A DNA stretch of 59,438 nt, counting the filler, from Callorhinchus milii (taxonomy: Eukaryota): the NCBI RefSeq assembly GCF_018977255.1. It is 3 parts of 3 records of this genome, joined end to end, with 100 filler letters (N's around TTAATTAATTAA, not from the genome) between each part and the next. Parts side by side here need not be neighbours in the genome. Positions count along the whole stretch, not along the records: positions 1 to 24,988 come from NW_024704746.1; 2 more parts are not named here. One strand, 5' to 3'. Below are positions 1 to 13,835 of this stretch, in pieces (position 1 is the first letter of the stretch; each line of letters opens with the position of its first letter). Under the pieces are notes generated by a model. The model was not told the DNA's origin. It ran no database searches and worked only from the letters and a program-made list of their open reading frames with translations. Position numbers and translations under genes: made by a program.

Positions 1-425
1 TGATGTGCCCTTATAGTGGTATTTTCCATTGTTTGCACACTCCTTTAAAACGTCAATAAATTTAGCAGCAAGTGGAAAATAATACTGTCAAGGCCACTAA
101 ATTTACTGACGAGCCGTAGAATAAGCCCCGTAGTGCCGAAATAGACAGTAGTTTTGCGATCATTAACATAGCATTAATAATAATCCTTGCATTTGATACA
201 GTGCCTGATCACATCTTCGAGACGTCTCAAAGCGCTTCACAGAATATACTGTTAAGTGAATTGGCTGTACATTTTGTGGGCGAAACACAGCAACAAATCG
301 TGGATTGAGTGACCAAATGATTTTTTTTTTTTGAGGGGATTAAAAGCAAAAATGTTAACGCCTTCTTACAGAATGATTGAACTCCTATGTTCCTCTCCAC
401 ACCTGCGGCAGGATTTCCTTTCTTA

Positions 426-728
<303 letters not shown>

Positions 729-1584
729 CTATCAGAGGCCCGACTCCGCCACTACCTCACTGTCAGCCTCCCCGACTCTTCCCTCCACAGGCTGTAGATC
801 ATCCAGAAGTCTGCAGCTCGTGTCAAAAAATGTTGATTTCATTCTTTTCTCCTCTCCAAGATCCGCCAAAAGAAGAAATAAAGGGCAGATGTTGACGCCT
901 CTCACCTCTATTGGGAGGAAAAGCTCTGAACGTTTATCAATGGCTGTTATTCTAGGATGTTTGATGAGAACTGTATTGACTGGGATGATACATATTCGAT
1001 GGATCAAAGATGTCTCACAAAGTGCTTCACAGAATATCAAAGTTGGAGGAACTGAGGTTGTATGTTACTGTTATAGTCTTAGCCTTATCCTTGTGACTCT
1101 CCATTCAAAATATATTTCTTTGTTACAGTCTGATTAAAACCTGATTGTATGATACTAGACCACTCTTATTTTTATTTTTAATTCACTTTAGTCCATTTTC
1201 TCTGGAGCTGTGGGCCAAATGAGACTGACAGCAAGAGTGGGAACCCAAGCAAAGTGCTCTCAGATCTCTACCAATGTCCACTGGGAAACCTAACTCCTAT
1301 TTAATACAGAGCTTAATCTGTGTGACAGTTTAGCTGAGAACCAAATCTTAGATGCAGATGCACAAACGAAAAGGCAATCGCCAGGACTGAATTAGTCTAA
1401 ATTCCAACTTTTATCTGCAGTAACATCTCAAACAATTCCTACCGAATCCTTGAGAACAAGTTGCAAATTCCATAGAACACGCTTGAGCATATATATTCCC
1501 ACAGGAAAGAAGCACGTCCATTAAAAAAGAAAACAGCCAGCACTTGACAAGATGCAGTTGGACAGAATGAAGTATCTTACACAC

Positions 1585-1749
1585 CAGTAAGGCTCCACGT
1601 AAATTGATGCCCGTCTCTATAGCAACGTAGTAGGAGGCTTGTAAAAAGGTTCTCTGCAGTATGAGTGCAAGGAAGAGCAGAACTGCCAAAACATATTGGT
1701 TCTCCAGAAATTCCTTCGATGACAGGAAATAAACGCCCAAAAACGTTGC
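1585..1749 (-). CDS. ABCC9: ABCC9 coding exon 7 (165 bp)
   Basis: [55 protein letters not shown]; in-frame donor GTGTGT. Confidence 0.93.
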
Positions 1750-3255
1750 CTAAAAAAGGAAAGGTTTCAGTAGAAAGGAGGAAAGATAGCTATTATCTTA
1801 AAGTCTGACAGCAGCTGGGTTAACGTAAGCTGCAATTAAAAACCACAAAAAAGATTTCGAATGTCGGAGGCATTTATTTTGATAAAGATAGCATGGCAAA
1901 TAGGAAACATTATCTGCACAGCTTATAAACGCTGTCGATTCGTTTTATCAAATATTTGTGGTTGAATTTGAGGAAAATTACTTTAACTTGTCTAACCACA
2001 GAACCTTGGCCACCCAAAATAGTCAAGTCTTCAAACCAAACAATTTAGGTACCAGATGAGTCTGGAATTTTCCATGCGGTAATGATGGCAACCTGGTTAA
2101 AGGCAGTGCGTCTTGTGAAAAAGGGTGGCACTTAGGACTTGAAGTGCCATTTGACAGCGCTTTTAAACACTTGATGGCTAAATGCATCATTATATCATCT
2201 ATTCTGTACCTTTAATTTTAGTGGTGATTAGTTCAACGGACTTGTAAAACATATATCAGGAATACTAAGGAGGGGGAACCAGACAATGGGATAGTGAAGC
2301 AGAAATAATACTAACAGTGTCAGGTTTTAACTCTGAAAGTCACATCACCGCAATGGGAAGTTGTTCTGTATAAGTTTAATGCCTACCTTATTGTTATTTA
2401 TTATTATTACTGTTACCTTATTGTGTGTTCCTTGTGAGAAGGATTTGTGAATGGAGGGGAGGGATTTTTTTGGGGGGGTTAATTGTTCCGTCGTTAATAC
2501 ATTTATTGACCAGGAGATATTGCAATCAAATCATATGCAGTGGAATCCTACTACCTGCAGAAAGTTGGGAAAACTTGTAACACTACTGTACTATAACTAT
2601 ACTATAGGCATAAGAGGAATAGCTGCAGCAGCACTTAGGGTAAATGGAACTTGTTAAAAAATGTGCTTTTGTTAACAATTCTAGGAAAAGTCTTGTTAAA
2701 TCAGCTGCTTTCACTGCTGGTTGAGCAAAATGAACTCTTTCATTGATCAATCAATCAATCAATCAATCAATCTCTCTATTGTGCTATTTTTAAACAATAT
2801 GACCGTAATCTAGATTTCAGAGAAAAAAATGGATTTTAGTAAAATTCTGTTACTTACTGTGTCTGTATGGTTCCCCGAGGTGGCAGTGCTATTATCCTGA
2901 GGGGAAATCACAGCCAAATGGAGCTCTGTGAACCTCATGTATATTTGATCAGTATTACCCGACTGTTTTTTTTTGCCAACTTGCTCTTTTACTATAAAGA
3001 AACATTTTGACGTGATAAGGCCTTGTCAAACCAAATGAGCGGTGGTTATTTATATATTATTATGATATTACTATTAATATAATACATATTAATATAATAC
3101 ATATTAATATTGACATATTAAATACACCAATTTGGATCTTTTAACAAGAATGTAAGGTTGACATCCTGCTTCTACAGTCAACACATAACATCTCATTTAC
3201 TTTCGAGAGGAGATAGTCGCAAATAATGAATCGATTCGGTACACGGCAAACTCAC

Positions 3256-3441
3256 CGTGGCATTGGGTTGACCTAACTTGCTAAGGTGATCGACGATTTT
3301 AAAGATGCAGAGTGGTCCAGCAAAGCCTAAGAGGTCGGCCAGATAGCGGAATGTGCTGCTAAGAAAGATTGGGCGACCGTAAGCCCTGTATATCGAATGC
3401 CATATTGATGGAGGATATCCCTCTAGATTGTACACCTTTTT
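3256..3441 (-). CDS. ABCC9: ABCC9 coding exon 6 (186 bp)
   Basis: [62 protein letters not shown]; donor GTGAGT. Confidence 0.94.
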
Positions 3442-4301
3442 CTACATATGAAAATAAAAGCGTTGCTGTTAATTCAAGAAGAACAACTGCAATATTGATC
3501 TTCTGCATGATAGATTTGCACAGGATCACCCATTCTTAAAAGCTGCACTAGTTTTAAATCAATCAATACAAAGGAAACCACATTTATGTGTTTGAATAAA
3601 GTATCTCAAATGTGTGCAAAAGACCCACAAGAAAGTGGTATGGTAGCTGATAATAATAATAATAATTATAATAATAATAATAATCCTTGCATTTAATATA
3701 GCGCCATATCACGTCTTCGAGACGTCTCAAAGCTCTTCACAGAATATACTTTAAAATGAATTGACTGTGTATTTTGTTGGCAAAACGCGGCAGCTAATTG
3801 TGCACAGCAGCGTCCCACAAACGATCGTGGATTGAGTGACCAAATTATTAATATTATTTATCTTGAAAGGATTACTACCCCCGGAAAAGCGATCCACCAA
3901 TCAACCGACAACCGGGTTCCCACTTACTGCTGGGTAAACAGAGATGTGTGGAGTCAGGAAACACTTGGTATTGTGGTACAGGAATGATACCCGTAAACTA
4001 AGGTTTACTCAAACCAATGTGCCGGGGACATCCTTTGTGGATTCTCTGACCCACAAACACAATCCAGATAAAACTCCAGAACATCCCTCACTTGTAGTTT
4101 CAGAACCCAGGGGTTTAAGAGCGCAAAGGATTCTAGCCACAATAATTATGCTTCCTGTGTTCAATTAAAATCCTTCTCTTTTGTCCCAAGGCCTCCCCTA
4201 TTATTTTTTTGTCCAGCGGAATACACGTTCATATTCCTTTACACATGTTGCTTGAACGACAGCAACTCTTGACAACGCAAAATAGCAATTCAATGCTTTA
4301 C

Positions 4302-4544
4302 CTTTTGCTCTTCATAAGCGTCTTTCAAACAGACATAATTTGTGAGAGCTCTCATGGCGATGGGAAGCTTGCCAATGATTTTCAGGTCTATTGGCCTCTT
4401 CTGTGCTGAAATGATGAGGGTGTTCAGCCACCAGTACGTTGCCTTCGATAGTAAATTGACAAACGGTTGCAGGAATCGGACACCGAGATCTTGCAGGTCC
4501 TCGGGAGGTTTTACCTTCTTGGGGATTCCAAAGAAAACGTATTT
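4302..4544 (-). CDS. ABCC9: ABCC9 coding exon 5 (243 bp)
   Basis: [80 protein letters not shown] (lasso/L0 region). Confidence 0.96.
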
Positions 4545-4584
4545 CTATGAAAATAAGCAAAAAAGTAAGACACAGGCAAATTAA

Positions 4585-4880
4585 AACGAAATGTCCCCCA
4601 CCCGGCCCCTCTCCGCCATCAGTGGTCGGGCCTTCAGCCTCTCTGCCTCCACCCTTTGGAAATCCATCCCACAGTCCCTTTGCCTCGCTCCCTCCCTCCC
4701 TCGCCTCCATCAAGGCACGTCTCAAGACCCTCCTCTTCAACCATGCCTTCAGCCACCAGCCCACCCCTACCCTCCCCGCCCTCCACCCCCTCCCTGATCC
4801 CAATCCCTAGCTCGGGGTCAAATCCCTGACCGTCCAGTGCCTTGGGATGTCCTCCCAACTTGAAAGTTGCTGTTTCTAAA
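4585..4880 (+). mobile_element. L2 LINE 3' end
   Basis: C-rich L2 3' region plus tail CTTGGGATGTCCTCCCAACTTGAAAG. Confidence 0.7.
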
Positions 4881-5691
4881 AAATTTTGCCTGTGTATCAG
4901 GAAACAGCTGAACCGCATTATTTTTTGAACAAATTGGTAGATTACGTCTAAATCAACACAACATGTGTGTGTGAAACGAGGCTGCAATTCTTTGGTTGGA
5001 TGAGTCTGCTGTGCGAGCGTACAAAAATGACACATCTTTTATCTCTAACTGTTAGACAATGATTACGGTAAAGATATATTATGTGTTTATAGCTGATGGA
5101 TCTTTTTACAGGACTGACAGTTACACTGGAAATAAAAGGCGCATTCAACTAATAATCTGGTTGGCGCTTGGGTGAGGATTTATTATTTGATTATAATACT
5201 TTTCACAAGATCTACAATCGACTTCGCTGCATTGTTGAAAATGTTCTAGCCTGGGAGCCTTTTGAAGTGTGAACGTAAGTGGCAGTAACTTGCGAGGTTT
5301 ACGATAATAAAGCTCTGGGACCCCACCACTGAGTATAAGTTGTTGTTTTGGTAATAGGAAAGTATCACAGCATTAAATTTCATTTCGCCCACGAAACACA
5401 CAGTCAATTGACTTTACAGTATATTCTGTGAAGCGCTTTGAGGCGTCTCGAAGACGTGATAAAGCTCTATATCGAATGTAAGGGTTATTATTAATATTAT
5501 TATTATTATTATGATACTGTAAAGCACAGTGACTGTGTGTACTGCGGGACATGGCAACCCAAGGAGTAAAATTTCACCTGGTTCTAAATTTACTTTATTG
5601 ATGTAGCATTTCAGAGCAATCCAGAATTTGTCAAATGCTTTGATACAGTTTTTAATTTTGAATTAAATGATCGCTGGCAATACATACTTAC

Positions 5692-5858
5692 CCTCACTAT
5701 GATTACATTGACCTCCACCGCCATCAGCGATCCATAAAGGATGACCAGCATTACTGTTATACAGAACCGTAGCTGAGAAAGGCCCACACCGTGATCACAA
5801 TACTTCACCAGCTTGATAGTTTTGGTGATAAAAGCGAGGATCCAATAGATAAAGAGAG
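5692..5858 (-). CDS. ABCC9: ABCC9 coding exon 4 (167 bp)
   Basis: [55 protein letters not shown]; donor GTAAGT. Confidence 0.95.
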
Positions 5859-6294
5859 CTGTACACACACACACACACACACAGACACGCACAAGTTATA
5901 ATCCGTCCTCAACCATAAATAAACTTTTACAGCTAAATATATATTGCGCAATTGCTCTTTTTTAAATAAAGCTTCAACATTGCTCAAAAGTTAAGAGAAA
6001 TAAATCTTGCCTATTTATTTCAAAAGTTGTTGAGATATTTATTCTATCTTAATGCGTTCAATACTGCATTCCAATATACCTTATTCTCTTGTAAATGCTA
6101 TATTTATAATTAGTAAGTCAGTAAATTAAATTATTATTACTTCTCTCAAAAAAGCAAATAAATAACATATTAACATGTTAAGAGATTTTAAGCCTACGCA
6201 GCGTGCTTTACAAGTGTAATTTATTGTTGTTGTGTTGTATGCAATCTATTCTAGAATGCTAACAGAAAAAATGCTTAAAATGCGGTTTACTAAC

Positions 6295-6416
6295 CTAATA
6301 GTAACTTTGGAAAATTGGAGGTTTCTATATTATGATAGTAGACTATCGATGTAGTTGCAGCTATAAATCCCATAAACGAAGGCATAAATAGATGGAGGTG
6401 TCGAGTAATCATTTTT
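6295..6416 (-). CDS. ABCC9: ABCC9 coding exon 3 (122 bp)
   Basis: [40 protein letters not shown]; AG...GTTAGT. Confidence 0.95.
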
Positions 6417-6957
6417 CTGTTACAAGAAAAACAATCAAATAACAGTAAATAACGTGAAATTTTAGTAATTAAATATGTGAGTTAACTCCTCTGCTCCTCT
6501 GGCAGAAAACATGGCATAATTCTCAACTGTAAAATATCAAACAACTGGAATGTTCAGAAGGATTCAACCAACCCATCTTGTATCTGTCCCACTCAGATGA
6601 TTTGGAAATCATTTGAGTGTTTTTAAGAATAAAAATCACATTAATCTTAAATAAATAATGTCAAAACATCTTAAACTGCTTTACAGGTAATTGGTATCAA
6701 GTGTTAGTGTCTACATTTAGAGATAAACATGGCAGCCAATTTGCCACAGATAAGGTCCCATGAGCAGCCATGAAATGATGTTCAATTGATCTGTTGGTCA
6801 GGATAGTGTGAGAATGAATTGGAGCTTGTTGAGGCTGGTGAGGAGAAGCCTAATGTTGAGGTACGAAGGCATGCATGAAGATTTTAGCGGCAGGGAGGTT
6901 CAGATAAGATGTAAGTGAGTATTTTATTCTCTATTCTGGGCAAATATTTGAATATGT

Positions 6958-7333
6958 GGAGTCCTGTAACTCAGTGGCTAGAGCCCTCGCCTCGCAAGTG
7001 AGAGACCCAGGATTGATTCCCTGGCAGGTTGAAACCTTGGGCAAGTTTCCTTACTCCGCACGCCACTGTTTGCCCAGCAGTAAGTAGGAACCTAGTTGTT
7101 AGTCGATCGGTTGATCGCTTTTCTGGGGGTGATAATTCCTTCAAAAAAAATAATAATTGGTCACTTCAATCCACGGCTGTTTGTGGGACGCTGCTGTGTG
7201 CAATTGGCTGCCGCATTTCGCCCACAAGATACACAGTCAATTCACTTTACAGTCTATTCTGTGAAGCGCTTTGAGACGTCTCGGGGATGTGATTAGGCGC
7301 TGTACCAAATGCAAGGATTATTATTATTATTAT
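6958..7333 (+). mobile_element. Full-length tRNA-derived SINE (tRNA head, Deu-like core, L2-type tail, (TTA)n); roughly 35 copies or fragments in the window
   Basis: A-box TAACTCAGTGG and B-box-like GATTGATTCC; core TTGGTCAC..GTTTGTGGGACGCTGCTGTG; tail AAGCGCTTTGAGACG..AAATGCAAGG(ATT)n; copy number counted by eye. Confidence 0.88.
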
Positions 7334-7970
7334 AATTAGAAGTGAACCCACAGTTTTGTAATGCACATTCTGTGTGTTGCCCGTATGTACCATTTAGAAT
7401 TCTCTACGTCTATAACAAGTATGTCAGCAGTATCAGAACAATAGCAATGTAATATGTTATAGTGTTATGGATGTACTATAGGGTCTAATTTGTATGAAGG
7501 CATGATTTAACGCCTTATCACGTCATTTGGACCTCTCAAAGCTTCATAAAGAATCCCATTAGGAGTCCCACTGACTGGTGGAACTTAGCTCTGAAAGCAG
7601 ATCATAACAGAATGGAGATCCCGGGTTGGGATTAGTTAGTTCTGTTTACTAAAGGATATCCTATTTTCTGACTCAGATTTTTTCTTAAGAAACCCCATTA
7701 ATGAACACTACAAATTGAACTACTATTTAAACTGATAATAATTTGGTCACTCAATCCACGGCTGTTTGTGGGACACTGCTGAATGTAATTGGCTGCCGCG
7801 TTTCGCCCACAAGTATACAGTAGTTTCACGTTACAGTGTATTCTGTGAGAGGTCTAAACGACGTGATAAGGCGTTATATCAAATGCAAGGATTATTCTTA
7901 TTATTATATTCATATTTTGTTTTTTACGATTTTAAGAAATGTTAACGATGTGACAGATTCGAACCCTTAC

Positions 7971-8112
7971 TTATCTGAAACCATTCCTTCCGCAATTTCA
8001 CAGACAAGCACGAAGAGAAGCACAAACGTGAGAATCCATCGTAAACTGTGCCCAGGGAAATGCAACCAAGTGTTGTGATGAATCTGAACCTTTGAGCTCT
8101 GGCTCCCCCATC
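7971..8112 (-). CDS. ABCC9: ABCC9 coding exon 2 (142 bp)
   Basis: [46 protein letters not shown]; AG/GT boundaries; phases fit the flanking exons. Confidence 0.95.
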
Positions 8113-9969
8113 CTGAAATTCAAACACACAAGATATTTCTGTAGAAACACAAATGGCGTGAAGAGTTAATCAAACATCCTACCTACACATGGAGATAAGA
8201 TTGTCGGAATGGAATGCGCTCTCTTTCTCTCCCTGGAGGGATGCATCCCACTTACCTAATTCCAGAAAGTATTAGGCGTAGGTTGGCAGGAGCTAAGGCT
8301 TGGGGACCAGAATGTGTGTAGGGGGTAACTGCTGGTGTATAACTAATTAAAACCACACAGCTTGCCACTGATATCACTGCCTGGCAAGCTTTCGCGCTGT
8401 TTGTCCAGCTAGGACCACCCTACCCATTAGGGCTTTGACTTGCAGGTTAACGGGAGCTGAGCGGGATGCCCCCAGTTAAACAACACAAACGGGAATGGGA
8501 AATGGCTCTGCAGTCATAGCTGGAGGAGCAGCAGATAAGGCAACCTCAAGGCGATGCCACAAATTCTGCCTGGCCTCTCAGATGATGATGGCAGATGGCG
8601 TTGTAGAAATTCAGAATAGTCTCTTCAGGGGGGTTCTGATCGCAATGCTGAGGCCTCAAATCAAATGGCAGTGTGGCAGATAATAACATCAAGAGTGAAT
8701 GTAGTCAGTGTCATCGAACTGACATACTTGGATGTTATGATAAACAATTGAGAAGGAGTGCGAGGTTCACATTTGCTGGAGTTAAGGTTTTGTAGTCAAT
8801 GTGGCCAACTGTGCGATATTCAGCACATAGCTAATGTCTCTATAAGCTCCATGATCATTAGATCCCAATTACGCAGGTCTTCATATCTTTGAGATTTCTT
8901 AACGCCAGTTTTGCCGTTGGCTGTTTTGCTTGCTTGTGTTTTATTTATATTCTATCTTCCTCCCTCATATGATTTTGTTTGATTATCTTTGAAGATCAAG
9001 GAAGCAAAACCTGTCCCCAGGCGAGACAGTGGGTCGGCTGGGTTGAGTCTATGATGGAGTAGATTTGCAGTGATCCTGGGAACGACTGTACTTGATAATC
9101 CAAATGCGTGTTTAAGAATTGTGGGAATTGCGTGCCTTTGGTCACCTTCCCCCCCCTCCCCAGGCTCGGTCCCGGGATCCATTACTGTGAAGCGCTCTGA
9201 GACGCCGTCCGGCGTGGAGGGCGCTATATAAATCCAAGTTGTTGCTGGTATTGTCGTTGAAACTGATTTTTAAATTAAGGCCACATTTAAGTTTCCCCAC
9301 AATTCCGCACAATCTTAAATTGTAAGGCAAAAGAGCCTTCCTCACGAGATGGAATTTCGGGCCTGTTGTTGTATTTTTAATTTGTATTGGGCCAGAAGAA
9401 AGTATGTTGATTGGACTGTTTTCTAGTCCACTTAACCACAACATCAGCAAAAACATCATCAGCTACAAATCTGTCACACCTCTGCCTCACTTTCCACCCT
9501 CCCCTTCAATACCAGGTTAGGAGGTTTTCTTGAATCATATGTATCTAACTGAAATAGATTTAATCCAATTGTCCATTTTTAACTTTAAGATGCCACATTT
9601 CTTTCTTTTTGACAAACTAACAAGCTGAGCAGACACGTCCAATTGAAAACACACCCTGTTCCTAAATTCATATGTGGGAAAAAAACTATGCCAGATCAAT
9701 ATCACTGGACCTGAATTCCTGGAAGAGACCGGAATAGCATAGGGCAATCAAACACTACATTAATAACTGCTTAGACTGGAATACTGAAGGCAAAGAAACT
9801 TGCAGTAATAGCTGTTTGGAACAAGAATAGCACCGGCAATTAAACTACAATGATTGCTGTTTAATTGCGAGGAGGTCACTGAACTCTGAGCTTCACAAGA
9901 ATGTGAAAGTGTATGGAGCAAAGATATATCACTTCCACCTTCATTCCCAATTGCACCCACAGTCCAATC

Positions 9970-10200
9970 NNNNNNNNNNNNNNNNNNNNNNNNNNNNNNN
10001 NNNNNNNNNNNNNNNNNNNNNNNNNNNNNNNNNNNNNNNNNNNNNNNNNNNNNNNNNNNNNNNNNNNNNNNNNNNNNNNNNNNNNNNNNNNNNNNNNNNN
10101 NNNNNNNNNNNNNNNNNNNNNNNNNNNNNNNNNNNNNNNNNNNNNNNNNNNNNNNNNNNNNNNNNNNNNNNNNNNNNNNNNNNNNNNNNNNNNNNNNNNN
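9970..10200. other. Sized assembly gap (231 N) in ABCC9 intron 1
   Basis: Run of N without a linker; ABCC9 exons are colinear across it. Confidence 0.98.
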
Positions 10201-10413
10201 CTGCAGCAGAAAGGCAGCATTGTGGATTACAGACACAGACATACACGAAAGCAAAGGTTCCCTTGTTACAGAACAATTGGATGGATGTATTTATCATTAA
10301 TTCATTGATTTATTCACCATTCCAACGTTGTTATCACTCCACGATCTCCCTCTCTCTCTCTCCCCCTCCTCCCCCCCCCCCCCCCCGCTGAAACAACGCC
10401 AGGTTTTACTTAC

Positions 10414-10558
10414 CAATGAATAGTATCGGGAAGGTGATAAAGAGCAGAAAGACATGAGGGACCAGATTCAGAGCATCCACGAAACAGCCGTTGTTTAAAA
10501 CACCATCTGCGACATCGTAGGCTGAAAAGTTGTCATTCCCACAGAAGGAAAGGGCCAT
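10414..10558 (-). CDS. ABCC9: ABCC9 (SUR2) coding exon 1
   Basis: ATG at 10558; [49 protein letters not shown]; donor GTAAGT, phase 1; matches the SUR2 N-terminus. Confidence 0.95.
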
Positions 10559-11762
10559 AACTGCCAAGTGATCCTGAGCAAAGCAATCACAAGCTTCTCT
10601 GTGGCCTCACCATTTTCCCCCTTTTTTTTGTAATAAAAGATAAGGACCCGATGAAAGAACAATCTTTGGACCATTCAGTACAGTCTGGGCAGAAATTGCA
10701 GCAAAGCGACTCAAGCTATTTATATATATATATATATTTATACAGAGAGAGAGAGAGAGTTACACATGACGTTCAGGCAATGAACACACTGATGTGTAAC
10801 TGATCCGCCCCCTTCTGGACCAAATACATCCACACAGAATCTCCCTCTCTCCAAACCTGGGCCGTGTCTGACAATTTCCCGGTAGTTATTCAGATAATTT
10901 TATTGTTCACTGATTCACAGCAAATCTGCCACCCCCCCACTTCCCCACCCAACTGATTGCGGTATTGATTAACAGGAGAATCGATAATAATAATAATAAT
11001 AATAATAAGATGACAATAATAATTCTTGGGTTTGATGTAGCGCCTTATACCATCTTCGAGACGTCTTAATGGATGGGGATGTGTATGAGTTGCTGAATAG
11101 AGTTTTAATATTAAGGATTTATTAATTCCGAATACTGTAATATATTCTAACCACAGGCAATTTACGAATGCAGGCTGTTGGGAAACTTTTGTACATTGTA
11201 CATTTCGCCTACAAGATACGCAGTCAATTCACTTTACAGTATATCCTGTGAAGCGCTTTGAGACGTCTCAAAGACGTGATAAGGCGCTGTATCAAATGTA
11301 AGGATTATTATTATTTTATTTTCCTTGCCGTGGATTTAAACGACAAGCTTTTATTGAAACTAGGATTATTCCCTCGCTACAATAATAATACAGTATTAAT
11401 ATATAATACAGTAATAATAATATAATATAATAATAACATATTACTAAACATTACTAATGCATTATTAGTACTAATAACTCAGTGCTTGCATTTGATATAG
11501 CATCTTTCAAGTCGGGAGTATGGCTCAAAGCGCTTCACAGGATTCACAGCAGTAAATGTATTTTGTAAGCAAATAGCACAGCCAAACCGCACACAAGAAA
11601 TAAAGTGAAATATTTGGGGAATTGTTTGCCAGGACAGTGGGAGAAATTATTTTCTCTTTTGAATAATGCCACGGTATTTTAAGTATTCAACTGAAAGTCA
11701 CAGGGAGATAGGACCTTGATTTGAACCCTGTAAACCGCAAGGGTCAAAGAACAGTGTGGTGC

Positions 11763-12076
11763 AATAATAATCCTTGCATTTGATATAGCGCTTTTCACGT
11801 CGGGAGGACGTCCCAAAGCGCTTCACAGAACACACTGTAAAGTGAATTGACTGTATATTTGTGGGCGAACGCGGCAGCCAATTGCGCACAGCAATGTCCC
11901 ACAAACAGTCGTAGATTGAAAATGACCAATTTATTATTGTTTTTGGTTTTGGAGGGATTATTATTAGGCTCTGTGTGGAGTAAGGAAACTTGCCCAAGGT
12001 TTCGCCCTCTGCCTGGAATTGAACTCAGGTCTCTCATCTGCAAAGCGAGTGCTCTAACCACTGAGCTACAGGACTC
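11763..12076 (-). mobile_element. SINE, young subfamily with internal deletion and alternative tail (GGGACGTCCTCCCGACGTGAAAAG)
   Basis: Head GAGTCCTGTAGCTCAGTGGTTAGAGCACTCGCTTTGCAGATGAG (Ala-like TGC loop); near-identical to 13541-13750 and 30962-31158. Confidence 0.85.
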
Positions 12077-13540
12077 TATGTAGTACAGTATCTACAGTAG
12101 CAATGCCTCGAAGTCACCCTAAACGGTGAACAGAAATACTGCATGTTTTCCTTACATTTAGATTTTTACTAGAGATAATATTGAGCTAAAATAACAATAC
12201 AAAAAACCATTGGCTTATAAACCCTTTTCAGATATTACAATAAGATTTGCTTAAATCTGAATCTGTGTATCATTAATAATAATAATAATCAAAACATAAT
12301 TAATAATAATACATCATTAATAATAATAATAAATTAATAATAACGTTAATAATCAATTCATTTCCCAGTATATTCTGTGAAGCGCTTTGAGACATCTCAA
12401 TGACGTGATAAGGTGCTATATCAAATGCAAGGATTATTATTATCATTATTGTCATCATTATAATTGTCCCAATTCAATGTAGAGTCATTTACAAGAGCAA
12501 AAAAACATTAAGACCATGATCAGTTGTGGATCTGAACAGACCCAGAAGCCTTCAGACCAGAGTTTTGCAAAGATTAACTTCAATAAGGCAAGATTTCAGC
12601 TTTAACTATGCCCTGAAACTACGAAACTCTGCTCCTCAATGGAATAATCCCTCCACTTTGCCTCCTCCTTCCCCATCTTCAGATCACACCCGAAGACCTT
12701 CATCTTCAAGCATGCCTACGGTCACCTCCCTTCTCTCTTTGGCTCGGGGTCAAGCTATGTCACCACTCTTAAGCTCTCCAAGACACTAACCCAGATCAAA
12801 TTCCTATCTTGGAAAGCCTGGAAATATGAGTACTGGGAAACGTCAGAAATCACATCGAAATTCCAAGTAATAAAGAAAACACCAATCAATCAATTCCAAA
12901 TCACAAGCAGCTGATACAGAACATTAAACAAGGAGCAGATACAGAAACCAAATGAAAGCTACCTTTTGAATCACCCTGAATCTGAACAGACCCCACTCTT
13001 CGCTCATTCCTTGCATATACCAGACATTTGCTTCTGCAGTCGACACGGAAGCTAAAGCTGATTATTTTTAGGTGGTCACAGGTCAGATGTCTAAACTATC
13101 GAATTACCAAGCCACTTCTTTATTGGGTCCACTCTTATTCCAACATCCCAACTGAAGAAATGCCAAGGGCAGTGCAGTATCCTGAGCAATTTGCTGCAGT
13201 GTTGGAGGTGCTGTCCTTTGGATGAGACACTAAACCAAGTGCCTTATCTGCTGGTTCAAGTGGATGTTATGGATCCCATAACACGGTTAACACAGAGAAA
13301 TTAGATTTTCCTAGTGTTCTGACCAACCGTCTTCCCAAATAAAAATGGTCATTTATTTCATAGCTGTTGAAGAGTGCAAATTAGTTGCTATGTTTGCCTC
13401 CAAAGAATCCCTAAAATCGTGAGGATTTCACTTTACATTCAGGATGACCGATGATTACTGGGAGACGTCAGTCACATTTTTTTTCTCTCCCGTTAAAAAA
13501 GGAGGAGACGCAACAAAGGGGCTTGTGGCTGTGGATAATT

Positions 13541-13750
13541 TAATAATAATAATAATCCTTGCATTTGATATAGCGCTTTTCACGTCGGGAGGACGTCCCA
13601 AAGCGCTTCACAGAACACACTGTAAAGTGAATTGACTGTATATTTGTGGGTGAACGCGGCAGCCAATTGCGCACAGCAATGTCCCACAAACAGTCGTGGA
13701 TTGCAAATGACCAATTTATTATTTTTTTGTTTTGGAGGGATTATTATTTA
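13541..13750 (-). mobile_element. 5'-truncated SINE, same young subfamily
   Basis: Near-identical to the 3' part of the 11763-12076 copy. Confidence 0.85.
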
Positions 13751-13835
13751 GGACACTGGACTGGAACTGGTCCTTAGTTCCCAGATTGTAATCCAAGCTG
13801 AGCTGCAAGCATAATATGTGTTGCACTATAATCAT

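Noticed and set aside
6958-7030. tRNA-like sequences at SINE heads (also 16734, 31645 and others)
   Set aside because: They continue into SINE core and tail and lack a proper acceptor stem, so they are not tRNA genes.
9760-10391. ORFs spanning the N run
   Set aside because: Artefacts of the assembly gap.
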